NCBI GenBank assembly: GCA_905178155.1
Contig: CAJINV010000003.1
Location: 8,597,097 to 8,661,096 of the forward strand
DNA: 64,000 bases
DNA from: Amoebophrya sp. A120
Lineage: Eukaryota > Protista > Dinoflagellata
Direction: 5' to 3'
Under the pieces are notes generated by a model, which worked only from the letters and a program-made list of their open reading frames with translations, did not search any database and was not told the DNA's origin. The translations under genes were made by a program, and so were the position numbers. The first letter of the stretch is position 1; each line of letters begins with the position of its first letter. Shown here one piece after another: positions 62,516-64,000 of the stretch.

Positions 62516-63510
62516 CTAGAAATGGTGCTTCAACTGGAGTCGTTTATTTGCATTATGCAAATTATTCACTTTGAGGATTTTCAACCTGAGGCTTTCATAA
62601 TCGTCCGAGAAGACCGAATTCCGAGGCACCGCCAGCTTTTGCCAAAGGGCCTTGGGCCCCGAGACGAGCTTGGCTAGCTCGACTTGCAATGCTTCGAACT
62701 TTGTCGTCGTGCTAGCAGCACCGGTTTCTTCCCCGGAGGTGTGCGGTAGCAGGTCTTCTAAAAGCACGCTCGCGACTAGCGCCAGTGCGTGCCGGGGCTC
62801 CAAGGGGCAGCGCCAGGTACTCGCGCGGTTGTCCAGGGAGAGTCGGTTCGTAGTTTCCTCGCGCCGGGGTATGGAAGTGCACAACTCCCCCTCCCCCTCA
62901 TTTGTCGTGCAAAATACCCAATCCAACCTTTCGTTTGCCTCGTGGCACTCTTTGCATGACAACTTTTGGTAGTCCAAATAGCACTACACTCCAGTGCAAA
63001 TTTGTCATGCAAAACCGGCATTCTTACTCCTGATGCTCATGCTTCTTGTGCTGCCGTTTATACTATACAAATGAGGGGGAGGGGGGCTTGTGCACTGTCT
63101 GTCATACGGGGGCGGAGATCTCGACCGACTTGTCCGAGATCGGACAAGAGCACTGGTCTGGGAAAGAATGCAGGCTCCGTAATACAACAGGGGGAAGAAT
63201 CTTGCTGATTTGCGTTGCACATCTCGACACTCGTGCGCTTGAGGCAGTTCACCGCCTGGCAGCTGGCGGCGGTAGTCCCTCCAGCCTTGTGACTCGCAGG
63301 GCGATGCACACACCGAAAAATGGGGCTACCCATCTGACAAGCGAAGTCGGTCTTTGTCGGATCACCCAGCTTGTGATATAGTGACCCACGCAAGCACTCC
63401 GAAACAGGCATTGCCCGGCAATCACACTGGCCCGGCCGGTCTTGGTTGTCTATGGAAGCGCCAGGCTCGAAATTGACAAAGTTGAAATCAAATAATTTGT
63501 CATGATGCAC
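62516..63510 (-). CDS. Cys-rich hypothetical coding segments containing an inverted duplication
   Basis: ORFs 63058-63510 and 62516-62977. Confidence 0.35.
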
Positions 63511-63767
63511 GAAAAACAGAGCCGGGAGAGCGCAAAGTAGACAAAGCGCTTGTATTGGGGACTGGGCAAAAATAAATGAGGCCGATTGTAAGCCTGTTTG
63601 GGGTCCTCGTTGGCAAAGGAGCTACGATGACGAATGAGAAAAGAGCCAAACAGCGTGACAGACTGGATTTAGGTGCTCCCAGAACTTGCCGCGCGCCATT
63701 GATTGATAGTCATATCTACAAGATCTTTGCAAGACTTGCGAATAATTCAAAATGCTCAAGAGTTCAA

Positions 63768-63862
63768 GAGTTCAGTGCATCTTTTGAGTTCGGTTCACCC
63801 TTTGAGTTCAGTTCACCACTTGAGTTCAATTCACAACTTGAGTTCAGTTCACTATTTAAATT
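63768..63862. repeat. 18-bp tandem repeat (gagttcagttcaccactt) x5
   Basis: Direct inspection. Confidence 0.8.
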
Positions 63863-64000
63863 CAGATATCTTCAAGTCATAATCTCATATTCAAAAGCTT
63901 CGAATCTCAATTCTCAATCTCAAATCATAATCGAATCATCTCAAAAATCGCAACTTCTTATCTCATCTTGGAATCATCAACATCTTATCCTATCTTAAAA

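Overview
Intron-bearing eukaryotic DNA, not a prokaryotic operon. Features such as TIR-bounded introns flanked by short direct repeats and a possible GC donor resemble a dinoflagellate/Syndiniales (Amoebophrya-like) genome; this is inference. The window is dominated by minus-strand host gene(s) of unknown function whose introns are terminal-inverted-repeat (TIR) elements. Main discovery: a 23.5-kb element (5579-29104) with 265-bp TIRs and a 6-bp target-site duplication, inserted in a coding exon. On the host strand it starts GT and ends AG and has a branch-point-like CCTAAC, so it could be spliced out in frame as a 'giant introner'. It carries an intact tyrosine recombinase, a decayed hAT-like DDE transposase and other cargo ORFs. 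Smaller TIR introns (0.47, 1.1 and 8.6 kb), a nested 1.95-kb TIR element, a full-length RNase H-bearing LINE nested in one TIR intron, and many palindromic minisatellites are also present. No rRNA, tRNA or true CRISPR array was recognised. All analysis was by eye; no database searches were run.
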